Shown here: positions 63,422-64,000 of the stretch, piece by piece
How positions within the stretch are numbered: position 1 is the first letter of the stretch
Layout: every line of letters starts with the position of its first letter
Source of the DNA: Tilletiaria anomala UBC 951
Taxonomy: Eukaryota
Length of the DNA stretch: 64,000 nucleotides
Direction: 5' to 3'
Assembly: GCF_000711695.1 (NCBI RefSeq)
Contig: NW_013547020.1
Coordinates: 248,001 to 312,000, forward strand
The notes under the pieces: generated by a model
What the model was told of the DNA's origin: nothing
The model's input: the letters and a program-made list of their open reading frames with translations, nothing else
Database searches by the model: none
Program-made: the position numbers and the translations under genes

Positions 63422-64000
63422 TCACTCGCGCCGCGGCGGCCCCGTCTCCCATTCCAAATCATCATCATCGCTGTCGTCTTCATCCACGTAAACATCGTGG
63501 CGTCCATGTGGTTTGGTCTCGTCCGGTGCGTTGCTGTACGACACAGCACCGTGCAAACCTGGGACAGGATGACTAGGTGCACGGCGTGCGTTGTCATCGC
63601 CGCCGACGATGAACTGCTGCGCCTCGTGCGCCTCGTCCGCTTCTGAACCGGAATCCGTACGGCCGTGCCATCTCCTGCTATTGCCACTGTTTCCGCCACC
63701 CTTGCCGGGCTGATGAGCGTGATCGATTGGCGATGACAAGCTACCGATGCTGGCGAGGGAAATAAGAGAGGGGCCAAGGCCCTATTGCTCGTCACGCGAG
63801 AGGCTCTCGTACAGCCTCCTGTCCGGCGCTTGCGCGTTGCTGCCGAACAGCCTGCCGAGCCGGCTAGGAAGGCGGCTGGGGCGTGCTCGCTCCGCTGCAG
63901 CAACTTTGCTAGCTGCGGCGCGCGCCGCGCGCTCCTCCTCGCTCTGGAAGCGAGGATGGGAGGAAATGGAGCGGCGGATCGGGCGCGCTTGCAGCTCCTC
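63422..64000 (-). CDS. 3' end of an unidentified gene (runs off the window end)
   Basis: Open frame from 64000 to TAG 63782-63784. The same frame continues 119 codons to 63422, reachable through a possible 63-nt intron at 63750-63812. Confidence 0.55.

Overview
Gene-dense, GC-rich eukaryotic DNA with short (mostly 55-100 nt) spliceosomal introns and CTRAC-type branch points. The gene set and style point to a basidiomycete fungus, most like Ustilaginomycotina (inference). I can support about 23 intact or partial protein-coding genes: XPF/Rad1 (5' part), a TKL-type kinase, a B-type cyclin, Prp18, Cox12, a nitroreductase, a SET protein, PalA/Rim20, a conserved hypothetical protein, Uba4, a GPI-like surface protein, a secreted Cys-rich protein, a Thp3/SAC3-family protein, Thr1, a Smr/Cue2-like nuclease, Ypt6, a ZIP transporter, Tap42, a large orphan single-pass protein, MrpL51/mL43, Luc7, an alpha-arrestin, and the 3' end of an unknown gene. 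There are also two pseudogenes (a SET tandem copy and an MFS transporter). The most notable observation is that the kinase lacks the canonical beta3 lysine (VAIA) but has a lysine in the WNK position (GSGGFKDVY), and carries two SAP/HeH-like motifs. Other points of interest are a densely folded long intron and micro-exons in COX12, a non-canonical GCCAGT donor, and an effector-like accessory island at about 28-36 kb. Gene models were built by eye and family calls come from remembered motifs; no searches were run.
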